DNA of 60,051 nucleotides, the filler included, from Sphacelaria rigidula (taxonomy: Eukaryota), in assembly GCA_964200075.2 (NCBI GenBank). It is 7 parts of 7 records of this genome, joined end to end, with 100 filler letters (N's around TTAATTAATTAA, not from the genome) between each part and the next. Parts side by side here need not be neighbours in the genome. Positions count along the whole stretch, not along the records: positions 34,376 to 42,867 come from CAXNAA020010984.1; positions 42,968 to 51,459 come from CAXNAA020010985.1; 5 more parts are not named here. One strand, given 5' to 3'. Of this stretch, positions 37,440 through 50,070 are shown in pieces; the first letter of the stretch is position 1, and every line of letters starts with the position of its first letter. A program made the translations under genes and the position numbers. The notes beneath the pieces are model-generated. The model had not been told where the DNA came from, searched no databases, and saw nothing but the letters and a program-made list of their open reading frames with translations.

Positions 37440-39233
37440 CAACCACCAAAAAAATTGTGAAAAACTGGGAGACAATGTACGCAGGGGAGAGTGTCTGATA
37501 GTCAAAAGGTCGGCGGCCCGAATAATCCCGAACCTGCTATCCCTCTGGGAGCAGTATTCACACACAAAGTTCGCATAATCAACGATCCGTCTTTCGACGC
37601 GCAACGCACTCGGAAAAGAAAAGGAGGGTTGAACGGCGACACAAACCCTGAAGATGTGCCGGCCTGTTTATGCGGAGAAGCGCTACAGAAGTTCCTACAA
37701 GAGCTCATGTCGTGACGAAAAAAGTACCCCAAAAATCGCATACTAATGGCACAGGCAGACGTATCGAATGCGTTTCGTAATGTGAGGATAGATCCAGACC
37801 ACGTCCATCAATTCGGCTAGGCTGTGGATAACCTGGTCGTGTGTGACTTCCGGCTCACGTTCGGCCGGTCAGGCTCGACAGGTTTCTGGGGAGTTTTGGC
37901 ATCGGCGGCAGAACACGCCCACTGCAACACGAACATTGACAACGCGGTTTTACTGCCAGAAGGCGAAGAGATGACAGCTCACGTAAATATAGTCGATAGG
38001 TGAGAAACGGGGGACCCCACACCAATTCCAAAATATTTTACGACCACCCCACACCCAGCAGGAGGCCTACATGATAATTTCTGCATGTCAGTGTACGTAG
38101 ACGACTATCTGCAGATTCGCGTACAGCACTCTGATGACGACACAAGCGCTTTGATCGCGTCCGCGTCCCTCGCATCCCACCACGTCAGACTCTTCGGCCA
38201 CGGAGAAGAAGGCGAGACATCTATCCTAGCCCCCCAAAAGAGTACAGATTGGGATGCTGTGATAGAGGCGTTGGGCTTGACCGTTAACGCGCACACTATG
38301 CGGGTTTCCGTATCCCGCGAGAAGGTTGAGGCGCTCCGACAAGCGTTGCTAACCGAGTGGCCCCCCACTCGACGTTCAGCGACTGCTAGAGAAATATTGA
38401 GCCTGGCAGGAAAGCTGTGGAACCTCACATACGCAATGCAACCAGGAAAGTATTTCGTCTGGAGGACTCTGCGACTTGCAGGGCTCCACGATTCTAGAGC
38501 GAGAGACAACCGGAGCCGTATAGTAGAGATAGGCCAAGAATTTCACGCCGACCTGAATTTTTGGAAGTGGGCGATCGAGGCCAACTCCTGCAGCATGGTG
38601 AATCTCTCAGTACACCCTGCTACTCCATAGTAAAGCGACCTGCCCACCGGCACTACCTCTCGGACGCAAGCTTCGAAGCCGTAGGCGGCTTCTGCCCAGA
38701 GCAAAACATACTGGAGATACTACTCACCACCGGAATTTACCGCAGAACTCAAAAGAAAAGCCCAACTTCGCGAAAAATGCACCATCATGATTAACCTCCT
38801 GGAACTCCTGGGGATGGTAGTCACCGCCTGGGTCTTGCTCATATTGGTAAACGACAAACCCGAAAATCAGGGCGACCCAATCTTAATGCGCGGGGGCAAC
38901 GTGGCGGCAGTCACGTGGGTCAACCGATGCGGGGGCGCAAAAGATAAACGCTCAGGGTTACCCATGAGGACCCTCGGGAGGCTGGAAATCACGGGGGGGT
39001 GGGGTCACGAGGCAAAGCACATTCAAGGGATCTAAAACGTACTGGCGGATAGAATTTCACGCTGGCCACGGGCGGAGCTTGACAGACGAGTAAGGGAGCA
39101 CACCAACGACAGTAACCGGTCAGAACAAGCCATTGGTCCACGGGGAGAGAACATCTTCCACACCATCCTAAAAACCAAGAATATCACAGTCCGACACGAC
39201 AGAACGCTATGGTGGGGCATGATGGCACCCAGT
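37440..39233 (+). pseudogene. DIRS-type reverse transcriptase + RNase H (frameshifts and stops)
   Basis: KVRIINDPSF, ADVSNAFRNVRIDP, DFRLTFGRSGS, SVYVDDYL, IEALGL, SLAGKL; RNase H motifs LSDAS, INLLELLG, HIQGI*NVLADRISRWP. Confidence 0.9.
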
Positions 39234-39479
39234 TGACGATGTAATACTCAACCAGCAAAAAAAAGTATCAACATGAAAAAACAACCACAGCACAGGTATG
39301 AATATATATATATATATATCGATGTATTCAGCCACCTTCAGTACATATAAAAATGAGTTTGACCCCGCATGCGACAGAAGCGGTCATGGGGTTACCAGAT
39401 AAGACATCATGCCACGCCCCACCCCCCCCTGAGCGCAGGAACGGGAGAAACCGGGGGGCAGAGCAGGGAGGAAGTAGCG

Positions 39480-40521
39480 CGTTTGGTTCAAGCACTGGTG
39501 CTGGGGGGCGTTGGGGGTAGCACTTACAAGACGTGTAAAGAGCGTTTTGGAGCGTGGGAAAAGATGCGCAATGCACAAGGAAAATCACCATGGATGACTG
39601 AAAACGATCAACCGGATGACGTGATCAATGCACTGACCGAATTCATCGCTATGCGATGTTTCGTACACAACAGCCAACAATCCACCATAACAGGTTACCT
39701 CGCCACCATCAAGTATTTTCACAAAGTGTATGTCGGACGGGACTTACCTACAACACACGGCGGGATTCGGGCGGTAGGAAAAGGGATTGATAGAGCACAC
39801 GCATCGACTCAAGGACAACCGCCCATCAGGCGGCCCTTGACGGGGGCATTGCTAAACAAGGGCGACAGACAATAATCGAGGATCCGGATGGGGGTCATGT
39901 TATGTGGCTTGGTCTCGCGCTCTCGTATTTTTTGCTGTGCAGGACATCCGAGTTGTGGGCGTACCCCGATGGTACCGTCCATCCAGAATTCCGCTTAACC
40001 CGCAATTGCATCAGTTTTTCCCGGGGAGACGTATAGTTAGATTTTGCGAACCGCGTGTTTGCGAACCAAGTGAAGATTTACTTCGTTGCCTCCAAATCCG
40101 ATAAAAAAAGGACAGGTTGCAACATTACGAGAACGAGGATAGTTGATTCGATTCAATCGGGCGGAGTACCGGCGAGCGCGTTCGAGGTGCTGTTGGATTT
40201 ATTGGACGTGCACCCACAACTGCCAGGCCACGCACCTCTGACCACGGAGCCACGCCGACGGGGTGGAAGGCACTTACTCGGATTGAAGCGGTAACCGCGT
40301 TAAGAACCATGGTCAGCCGTGCGGGTAGAGATTCGTCTCAATACGCTTTACACTCAGGCAGGATAGGTCGGGCCACGCAACCAGCGGCTCGAGGAATCCC
40401 CGAACTACAGATCCAACGAGCAGGACGTCGGAGGTCGAGGGCGTTTATGGTATATGTCAGGGAGGCGGGGGAGGGCGCAGAGGGCGTCTCCGCCGCGCTA
40501 GGGGAACAGCGAGTAGGGTAG
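39480..40521 (+). pseudogene. Tyrosine recombinase of the DIRS/Ngaro element
   Basis: N-terminal STITGYLATIKYFH, RRPLT, WLGLALSYFLLCRTSEL, SKSD, then YALHSGRIGRAT and GRRRSRAFMVYVR (H-x-x-R and catalytic Tyr boxes). Frameshifted. Confidence 0.9.
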
Positions 40522-40579
40522 CGAGATGTTCAAGGATATAGCCTAACAAAATACTCGACTGTCTATCAGGCTCGCCTAA

Positions 40580-41442
40580 TGGGGGAGAGGTGGATAGCTC
40601 CGCAGGGGATAACAATAACATCGTCAGTATGTAGTGGTTAATGAGTTGATGGGGACAAAAAATGCACCGAGTGCAAACCGCATTGAGTTTGATTTGTTTT
40701 GATTGCTGGTATTTTGAGTTGTGGTAATTCTAATGGGACACTGCCGCACGTAAAAACGGGACATCACATGATACCAAAATTCTTGAGCCGAAGCAAAATG
40801 TAGCGTTCAGTGTGAAAGCGGTGTTTGCGGAGGCGTGTTCGAATTATGACGATGTGGGACGTACGTACAGAAAATTATACGTGCTTATATATGCTGTACG
40901 TCATCTGTCCTTGGTTCTCAGCTGCAGGGCCGCCACCAGTAGAAAAGTTGGCCATCGCAGCTGGGTTGCCGCACACACGAGTACAGATACTGTCACCAGC
41001 AACGAGTAGCCTTCATCTAGCAGCGGCCTTCTGGTCTAAGCAGCACAAGTAGGTAGAAGTAGGCAAGATTTAGCGCGCTTCGCAGAGGATCGATCGACTT
41101 TTCCACCCGCCGCCCCGTCGCTCAAGAAAGGGTGGAACCAGGGTGCAAAAAGTGGATGGGTGACTGTGCGGAGTAGCACTACCGTAACAGTAGGGGGGAG
41201 AGGTGGATAGCTCCGCAGGGGATAGCAATAACATAATCGTCAGTGTCGATTTTCGGGTTAGCCTGATTAATAGTACGTAGTGGATGATGAGTTGATGGGG
41301 ACAAAAAATGCACCGAGTGCATACCGCATTGAGTTTGATTTGTTTTGGTTGCGGGTATTTTAAGTTGTGGTAATTCTAGTGGGACACTGCCGTACGTAAA
41401 AACGGGACAACCCATGACACCAGAATTCTTGGCCGAAGCAAA
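40580..41442 (+). repeat. Split direct repeats at the 3' end of the YR element (40580-40797 and 41192-41442)
   Basis: gggggagaggtggatagctccgcagggg...gagttgatggggacaaaaaatgcaccgagtgca...gggacactgccg.acgtaaaaacgggaca...gccgaagcaaa is present twice, ~390 bp apart. Confidence 0.9.
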
Positions 41443-43663
41443 TATCACAATCTCATCCTCACTCTCATCCTTTATTTCGTTGACCTTTTCACCGCCAAGG
41501 TAGGTCATCTGTTGAATCGGCATCATGTTCACTTAAAAAGTGGATTTGACACCCAGATCGCCCACCATCGGAATCAAAGGGTTCAAGTCCGGACCTTATA
41601 CGTACCTGGCCGGACTGTGGAAAAGGAGGACGTCGACTCCCAATACAAACGGAGTCGATGAGAATACCAGAATTGCCTTCTCGAATCAAATGCAACACCG
41701 CCAACGTATCCAACGTTGAGTACCCTACTGTACCTGGTCGCACTGGCCATGACGCGTAAGACACCGACGTCCAGCTCGATGGCGCGAATCCCATTGGTTG
41801 ATATCGACGAGTCATCACAGATCGTCGACTTTGCTGCACGTAGACATGATACGCGCCGCCAGATGAGCACCTGTCGTGTGATGAGTAAGTATAACTGTGA
41901 CAATTGCAACAAATTACACACGGTCCCAAGTTAGAAACCACCAAACAGGAGGTGCACTACTGCGTCGGTACAGGTGTTAAGTGGGAAGGACTCGATACAG
42001 CGCGGTCGGGAACAACACTTGTATTGTGGCCATAGATGCACCGCGTAAGATACAACAGTACAGCATAATAGTAGTGTACTTGAGTGACTTTACCAACAAG
42101 AATTGTTTGAATAACAAGTGAAACATTTTGAATCTTTCTGCGTTTTTCGTGTTTCGGAACACATGTATACTCAAACGATTGGCACGAGCCACGAACAATA
42201 TCACCACCATATTTTCCCGGCTCAACAGAGAAACGTCCGGCACAATCATAACGAAACCTTGGAGCTGTACAAGCATCAACAACATCGTAGCGGTACTCGG
42301 TACTGGTCAAACCAAAGTATCTGACACAAGTCAACGCTGTACAGAATGACGGTGTATAGCACCCCGGGTGACACGGATTCCCAACCCACAATTTTCATAG
42401 ACATATTCCCGGCAGTTACTACGCCAGAGTTGTACTGATACATAATCAATGCTGAGAAATTGTGGTGCATTGAATTGGTTTTGGGTGAAGCCTTTGATAT
42501 CTCGAGAAAAAAGAGATAGAAAGCCTCTCACCCAGGGGGTGTTATATCCCAACGTATGCGCCTTGGAACAATGAGCAATCCGATGCGTACGTTGCAACCG
42601 ACCGTGCACGCACTTCTGCCTATTACTGAACTCTTGACACTTTCGAGGATTCCTACCTGGAGCAAGCGAGGATCATCGCAATGTAAGGCCGTAGGTATCC
42701 CAACATCCCCCAAGTATCCGAGCCGTCCCACAGAGCAGCCAGCAAGCACGCACGAGATATATGGGACTGATAGGTAGGGGATCTTGACGCGGTAGGAGGG
42801 GCTGCCATCATGATTTCAAAGGGGGTGTACCCACAGCGCGGGGGGGGGCGTGATTATCCTGGGAGGGNNNNNNNNNNNNNNNNNNNNNNNNNNNNNNNNN
42901 NNNNNNNNNNNTTAATTAATTAANNNNNNNNNNNNNNNNNNNNNNNNNNNNNNNNNNNNNNNNNNNNTGAAGAGACTCCCACCTGGTACACACAGTACGT
43001 GAAACAACCTCAACCCGTGTGTTACGGCGTAGCTGTTTGATGTAGCTTTTTCAAGAAGGCGCACGTTTCGAAGAAATGGACCAAGCGCGGGTTTGCAAAG
43101 CTCTCCACGAGAGGAAGGAAGGGGAAGTTCGGCGGGGGAGAGCCCTCAACGGCTGATCCAGTCTCGCTCTATTCCATCATATTTCTTTACATTTATCCCG
43201 TCACTCCTTGCAGTTCACGCCAGGTGAAAACCTCATCGCAAAGTGCGCTGTACCGTGCTTCGCCGTACGAACCTCGAACGATACGTCGTCACCCGTGTCC
43301 CGGCAGATTTGCATGTAAGATGCACGGCGAACGGTTCCGCGAAATTGTGTGGCTATACACGATGAAGGCAGCTTTTGCTCTTACTTGCTTCGATAGTAGA
43401 CGGGAGCGTCGATATTCTACGCAGACAAATGTTTTCACGTGAAGTCTACCGCGCCCGCCCGAAACTCTTAACCGCGACCACAAGCCGCAGGCAGAAGGGA
43501 CTACCCAACGGCACACGTGATATGATCATGACGTCACCGAACGGCCAGAAGGAGGGTACTCCGAAGATAGCTTGCAGTACTTGCTGTACTGCGCAAGCCA
43601 GCCGCTTATTTCGCGCGGTATGCTCATAATTTGATTGATTCGAGGTACACTGCGGACCACATC

Positions 43664-44051
43664 GAACACTATATTCGTGAGATTCAGAACGTAGTTTCAG
43701 ATTTAGAGTGGATGCTCTATCGTTCCTACTAAGAGGCATTCTTCCTTTTTTTCTTGAGGACACGTCCTGTGCATGCAGCTACCGTACAGTACCCCGTTCG
43801 AGGAATTCGGCGGTCTGGTTGGTGAGGTACCGCACAAAGCATTTTTACGCCTGGGGGGCATTTCGGAACTGAAACTGTTTCAGGCACTGACCGATTTTTC
43901 CTGAAAGAGGGGATCTTTTGTTGCAATGGACTGACTNNNNNNNNNNACTCCTCCTCGAACTGTGGCGATGTCAAAATCGACGGGAAAGTCAATTGTTTCG
44001 GGTCTGGCTCTGAATCTGAAACTACGTTCTGAATCTCACGAATGTAGTGTT
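43664..44051. repeat. Short foldback/MITE-like element
   Basis: aacactatattcgtgagattcagaacgtagtttcagatttagag (43664-43708) pairs with ctctgaatctgaaactacgttctgaatctcacgaatgtagtgtt (44008-44051). Confidence 0.8.
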
Positions 44052-44344
44052 ATCGCCCGGCGGACAGGCATGTGTTATACCGCAAAGAAATGTTCCGACC
44101 GCGTGATCGATCCGTGGTGGGCACCGGTTATCCTCTATTGTGTCGGAGGGCTACTGGTTGGTGTAGGTTCGACTGAGGGCGGCCCTATTGTTGTTCTTCT
44201 GTCGTTTTTGGTTTCTCCGGACGAGGGGGAGACAGGGGCATACCTTCAACGCGTATGTCGGGTGTGGATGGTTTTGTTGATATTCTACTGTTGTTTGGGT
44301 GGTTTTGAACGAGATGAAGGCAACGCTATCCAATAAAAGGGCAT

Positions 44345-45013
44345 GTTATCTACGACCGACCCAACGACAACTTATCCTTGAAAGTTCAACTGCTTAGAGC
44401 GGAGGTGGTAGAAGCTCTGTTGTATGGGTGTGCCACATGGACGCTACGTCCTGACGACTTCGACAGTCTGCGCACCGCCCATCACAACCTCTTGCTGCGA
44501 GTGGTTGGATTCCGCAGGAACGATCGAAATGGCGACAAGACTCTTCCGTACAGAGCGGTGCTGGAGATGACCAACTGCGAACGTATCGAGACGACTATCG
44601 GCAAACGTCAACTCTAGTTCGTGGGAGCCCTTGTCCGGCAGAAGGACACACGCCTTCCCAAGCGCGTCATGAGCGGTCGGCTTTCCACACGAGAACCCAA
44701 GGAGGTCGGGCGCCCCCCCAAGCGATGGGAGGATACCCTCAAGGAGAACCTACCTTCGCTTGGGGCTGTCCCGCACAAAGCAGCCCGACGAAAGTGGTTC
44801 ATCTACGATGTAGAGGTTAACGATGCATACGATTGGGTCGCTGCGGCGAAGAGCATGGGCAAATGGCATATTGGAGTCGAAAATGAAACGGAAGGGTTTG
44901 AGGACACGTGGCGACGCGCGGACAAGCGAGAACCAGACCGCCGTTATAAGCGAGAGGCTGCTGCGTTGCGGGCTGCGAATGGAAGAACCCTGTCTGCTCA
45001 TATCGGTTGTTGA
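44345..45013 (+). pseudogene. 5'-truncated RTE-type LINE ORF2 C-terminus
   Basis: LKVQLLRAEVVEALLYGCATWTL, HHNLLLRVVG, KRQL*FVGALVR..DTRLPKRVM.G, GRPPKRWEDTLKE are typical RTE post-RT motifs. In-frame stop at 44615-44617. Confidence 0.85.
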
Positions 45014-46339
45014 TTGTGTCCTTAGTCGGTGGCTCTGCGGTGCCCACTGGTGTGCATCTGTATCTACTCTGCTGCCCTGAATTTCTGGGGCTTTTTCCCT
45101 GTTTTTTCATCATATTAATTCGAGTCATCCCACGATAGGGGAGGGGGTATTTTGGGTCATTTCTCGCACGAAACTCCGAGTCGAATGGTCGTTGAAAGCA
45201 GCAACGGATACTCGAACGAGCTTGTTATAGACAAATAACGCCCATACATACCGATAGACACAGTTTTGAACCAAGTACGAGCGCACGGCGAGTGTGGCAG
45301 GTCGTCTGATACATTTATGAGCCTCTTTTTTCATGCAACCAACCCCCCCTCCCCCATCGTAGGATGACTCTTTCATGATAGTCTATTTGCCCTTTTCTTT
45401 CCTCTCATTTTCCTTACTGTTTTCGTTTTAGGTCGGCCATTTTTCTGTGCTTTGCTTTTTTGTTGAATTATTTTGTTATTATTCTTTTTTTGTTATGTCT
45501 TGATCTACTATAATATGTAGTTCTGTTCGGCTTTTTTTCTTTTCTCTTTATTTCTTTTTGAGCGAGTGTTTCAGCTTTATTTTCTTGGGTACGTGTATCA
45601 TGAGACCACGGCTGGACCCCTGAGGGGTCAGTTGAAGTGCGACAATCAATCAATCAATCAATCAATCAACCACTCAAGTTATTGGGTAGGCATGTCTCGT
45701 TCCCGGTGTTCTCTTGTTGTGTGTTTTTCGGACAAGCGGAAGACAGCGGTATATAACAAAGGGGCATCCTGGGCTGGCGTGGTTTTCTTGATGTTTTTTG
45801 TTGACTTGATTTGATTTTCTCTGGGAAAGGGGGCCGTAATATGATGCCCGTCGCAACTCGCGGGTGCTGCGGCCGAGAAACGGCCCGACTTCATTCCTGC
45901 TCGCTGTGTCCCCACCTCCCACCACCAGAGAGGAAGGATTGGGAGCGCACGATCTCCCGCAAAAGCCGCGGAGACAACACCTCGCCTTGATACATGAAGC
46001 CCATAATCAGGGGGGCACTTTTTGGGTCAAGCCTTGTCTGAGCCTTGTCTGAGGTTGCACATCCAGGCTCAGACATTTGTCATGGAGAGGCTCCTACAAC
46101 GAAGAGCCTCAGGAGAAAAAAGTGCGCCCCTACCGTGGCATTTGCTCAATACAATGCAATGGTTCTATTCTCCGTCAACTGGGACAATGCTTGCCGCTTG
46201 TTGGCCCCGACAGAAGGAAGGTTCTGCCTTAAAGGCGGAGCCTGATGACACAATACGACGCTGCATTCGATATAAGGGCGAATCGGCCTTGAATCGGTTG
46301 CAGACCATTGTCGACGCAAGGCCGCCTCATTAGGCATGG

Positions 46340-46780
46340 AACACGGGATCTTACAAAGTGGGGATGGATCTTTATTGAGGATGAGAAACCCGGAGAATTC
46401 ACATCTATCTCCGTATCCACACCAAGTCTTCTATGGTTCCATTTCTTTACCTACTGATAGCTATTGACAACTGCTGCAAGGCACAGAACTTCTGATTTCG
46501 ATCACCGAAATGATGGGGTCCCACGTGAAAAACCAATTTCGGAACCATTTTGGCGTCTGTTCGAACACCCGAAATTCCCCGAAATTGGTTCTTCACCTAG
46601 GACCCAACAGTTCGGTGATCGAAATCCGAATTTCATTAGCCCGTAGCAGTTATCAGTAGCTATCAGTAGGTGAAGAAATGGAACCATATTTCGAAGATTT
46701 GTTGTGGATTCGAAGATTTTAATTCTACGGCTTTCTCGTCCCCAATAAAAGATGCATCCCCAATTTGTAAGATCCCGTGT
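46340..46780. repeat. Foldback element with ~140-bp arms beginning CACGGGATCTTACAAA
   Basis: acacgggatcttacaaagtggggatg...tatggttccatttc.t.acctactgatagcta is the reverse complement of tagctatcagtaggtgaagaaatggaaccata...catccccaatttgtaagatcccgtgt. Related ends occur at ~25260, ~8440 and ~48120. Confidence 0.85.
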
Positions 46781-47599
46781 CATGGACCACCCCGGCCTTG
46801 TATGTAGGGTCCCGTGTGGTTTTCTACCGGAAAACAGGGAAACTTGATGTAACAACAACCCCTCGTCCGAATCTCAAGACATCGGCCGGCCGCAGCCTCT
46901 TTCTTGGTGGCTGTCGTGGAGATCTGCTCGGTGCCGTGCCCATGATCGCACCACCCGCAGGCTCAGGAATGACCTGTTGGTGGTTACGTTTCCTTGCGCC
47001 CCCGTGACCGCGGGTCTGGGCGAAACAGTTTGTGGAGCTCGTGTGAGAATTCTACCGTGAGATTTAGGTTCAGTTCCGCCGCATGTTCCTGGATACATGC
47101 GGCCCAGTGCATCATTTCCACGTACTACTGCGTATCACTCCACCAGAGACAATGCATGCAAGATCCCACAGTACTGCACAGGGTAGCGGGTATCGGCCCA
47201 AGATACGGGAATCCATACTCGTAGTGCCTTTGCATGTGGACAACATGGCGCAAACACCGTCGAGTAAACGCAGCAACGGACACTACTACTCTGATCTTCA
47301 TGGATCTGTGAGTGCTACACGTTTCAAATGCCCACCGTCTACGAATTCTTCGTAACAGGAAGCGGTGCAGGATATCGGCTGGGTGCCGCGGCAACAAGAA
47401 GCTGTGCCCAAGATGGAGTTAGGTAGTTCGATGACGATTCTTTCGCTTTACTTTTTCCGAAAAATAATCAAGGTGCGTGCACAACATTGATCAACACGCG
47501 CACACCTATATCAATACGATAGTACGCCTGACTGTGCTGTTGCAGGCAGAGCTCCTGGGACAGACAGACTGAGCGTGCTGTTCGTGCTCCTACATCATC

Positions 47600-50070
47600 A
47601 ACACAAAAACTCCGCTCGTGTTTTCGTCCACCGCTTGCTGCGGATGGGCCCTGATCTTCTGCATCCACGACCGGGACTCGAGAGGGTACGCTGTGAACAT
47701 TTCCCGACCTGATTGCGAAGGTGAAGTCTCGAGCAAAACACGGCCCCGGTCCCAGACATGGTGGGATATACCTTGTGTTGACAAAAAACCGTCGCGATGA
47801 ATTAAATTATGTAAGCCCCATGTCATTTTCTTCGTCGCGCAGGGCAAAAGCTCCGATGAAACCAAATGCAACTGTGCTTTGGTGCCGAGCATATGAGGAC
47901 ATATCTCCCGATACACGAGGAGGTCAGGACGAAGCAAAGCTGAGCGAATGCTGCGAGCAGAGAAAAGAGGTGTATCATGTTTGGACACTGGAGAACAGCT
48001 CTGTACGGAAGAGCTGACTGTATATCGGCATGTACAACAACAGGTGACATACGCGTCATAAACGGGTCACGAAAGTTGTGGCACGACAATGAACAGCTGA
48101 CTACCAAAATTCAGAACGGAGATTTTTATTGAGGATGATGGCCCGGGAAATTCAAATATCCGTACCCACCAACAATTCTTCGACGTGTGATGGTCGCATC
48201 AACTGAATCCCCCATAAATGTTTTCGAAAACGTTCGGGTGTCGGGATCCAAATATCTCTGGCGTTCTGTAGCTGTCAAAACCAGTAGATGAGAAAGGAAC
48301 GCAAGCTTATTTCGGAGAACATGTTGTGGATACGAAATATTGCCTTATCCGGGTTATCATCCCCAATGAAAAGCTCCGTGCTCTGTTTTGATTGTCGGCT
48401 CTCAACCCTCAAGACCGTGAGGGTAGTCGATGTGGATCATGCATACTTCTGTCACGTGAAATTCCGATTCCGATTCAACAGATGACCTACTCTCGCTGTC
48501 TAAGGCTTATTTCAGGCAGACTTCACCAGCTATCGGGCAAATTGCGGTACTCGTAGTATGCGAGGGAAATACTTGCCGAGAAACGCATGTTATTTCTCAG
48601 TGAAATGATGATGTTTGTGGTCGCTTAAGAAATCGTTTGTCCGGCTCAACGTCAAGCTCGGCGAGCAAACGATTGGGGGCGGAGACGCACTCGAATCTAT
48701 CTTCCCAGAGAGCGTACAGCACCAAGTCTCACTGAGGTGGTACTATCCGCCGAGCTCCGCATTCCGGCGAAACCCGGCACGAAACAGCCTCTTCGCAGAG
48801 TTTTGTTCTCGTAGTACAGGTGGCACTACCACTTGAGACTCCGACACTTGACAACTCGAGCCCAAGAATAATCGATTCACATGCACTTGGCCATCAGAAC
48901 AGGTGCTCAGTTCCGAGGCGCCAATAAGAACAAGCACCCGCACATGGGGTCTACAACTGCGACTGCGAATGAAAGCATTGCTCAAAAACGCGGCGGTCGC
49001 TACAGGAACGTCCGCAAATGATCTGTGGCTAGGGGAGAAAGAGCGCTAACGCTCGACGTCACCCTTGTGGATCAAGAAGGTTGAGGCTTGCTCCGTGGTA
49101 CGATACTTTCTTTCGCTTTCGCGGCACATCGTTGATGATCGACCTTTTCAACCGTGCCGTGAATCTTGCATCTAAGAATGATCGCGGAACCTGATATTGC
49201 GTTTGATATGGGAGGCCCTGTGGCTCCTGAGTTTTCAGGGTGCCGTACCATACGGGACACCCTGCCGAAAAAGAACGGGCCGATGAGGAAGCAAGGCCGA
49301 AAATTCCCTTCCCAAAGTAAGGGGGGGGCCACGCTGGGACTCCGAAGCAAGATAAGAAAGAACCTCAGCCCTGACCCCTTCGAATCACCTCTTTGCATGC
49401 CCCTGGGAGTTGGCGGGAGCGTTGCAGCACAACACTGCTGCTGTCCGGCGGGTGTTTGTTTCTTCGCCTTTTCGACGACGCATGATCCGATTATTTCAGG
49501 TCATTCAACCGCATTTTCTCCCTGCCGTTCGAGATTTCTTCAATCACCGTCGCGAAAAAGGACGTGGGCTTACCCCACTTCGCCTCCAATGTGACACATC
49601 ATTGAAACAACGCTGAGCCAGACCCTCACCCCTACCCAAGGCATACGGTGAACCCTTCAGCAAGAAGGCTGCGAAAGGTTCCCTACGCAAAGTGTGAGTT
49701 GGCAGACCTTATATCGATCGGCGCCCGCGGCGTCGATCCGGAGAAGAACGCGTTCTTCGCACGCTACAAGCACTTGGCGCTCTCGGCCTTACTGAAGACC
49801 CAAACATTGGTGTTGGCACTCAAAGCCGGCAACATCGACCGTAGGTAATGTCCCGCAGAAAATCCCCCTTCGAATCTTTTGACAGCCCAGGCATGTCTAC
49901 CTGTACCATCGGCATCATATTCGCCAAACAAATGTGTGCCAGACTCGAGTGTTCGTCCGCGAACGTGAAGGTCGCATACCATCCTCGGCGAAAACACTAC
50001 TTTGTTACTGACCGAAAACGAAAACCTTCCTAGCGAATCGGTGAGTACTGCGCCTAACATTTATTCGTTT
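47600..50070 (-). pseudogene. Highly decayed Ty3/gypsy pol remnants (RNase H, possibly integrase)
   Basis: LGAVLT...VVFS.R...AWAVKRF (49850-50060) resembles gypsy RNase H. LIHRDGF...IS..DRG...TAYP (47680-47810) resembles the integrase core. Confidence 0.45.

Larger units (their letters stand above)
36933..41442 (+). mobile_element. Decayed DIRS/Ngaro-type tyrosine-recombinase retrotransposon
   Basis: Ordered RT, RNase H and tyrosine recombinase on one strand, followed by a non-adjacent ~220-250-bp direct repeat pair at the 3' end. Confidence 0.88.

Noticed and set aside
39369..40521. Phage or giant-virus (phaeovirus) integrase
   Set aside because: It lies directly downstream of DIRS-type RT/RNase H and upstream of split repeats. 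No viral core genes are present.
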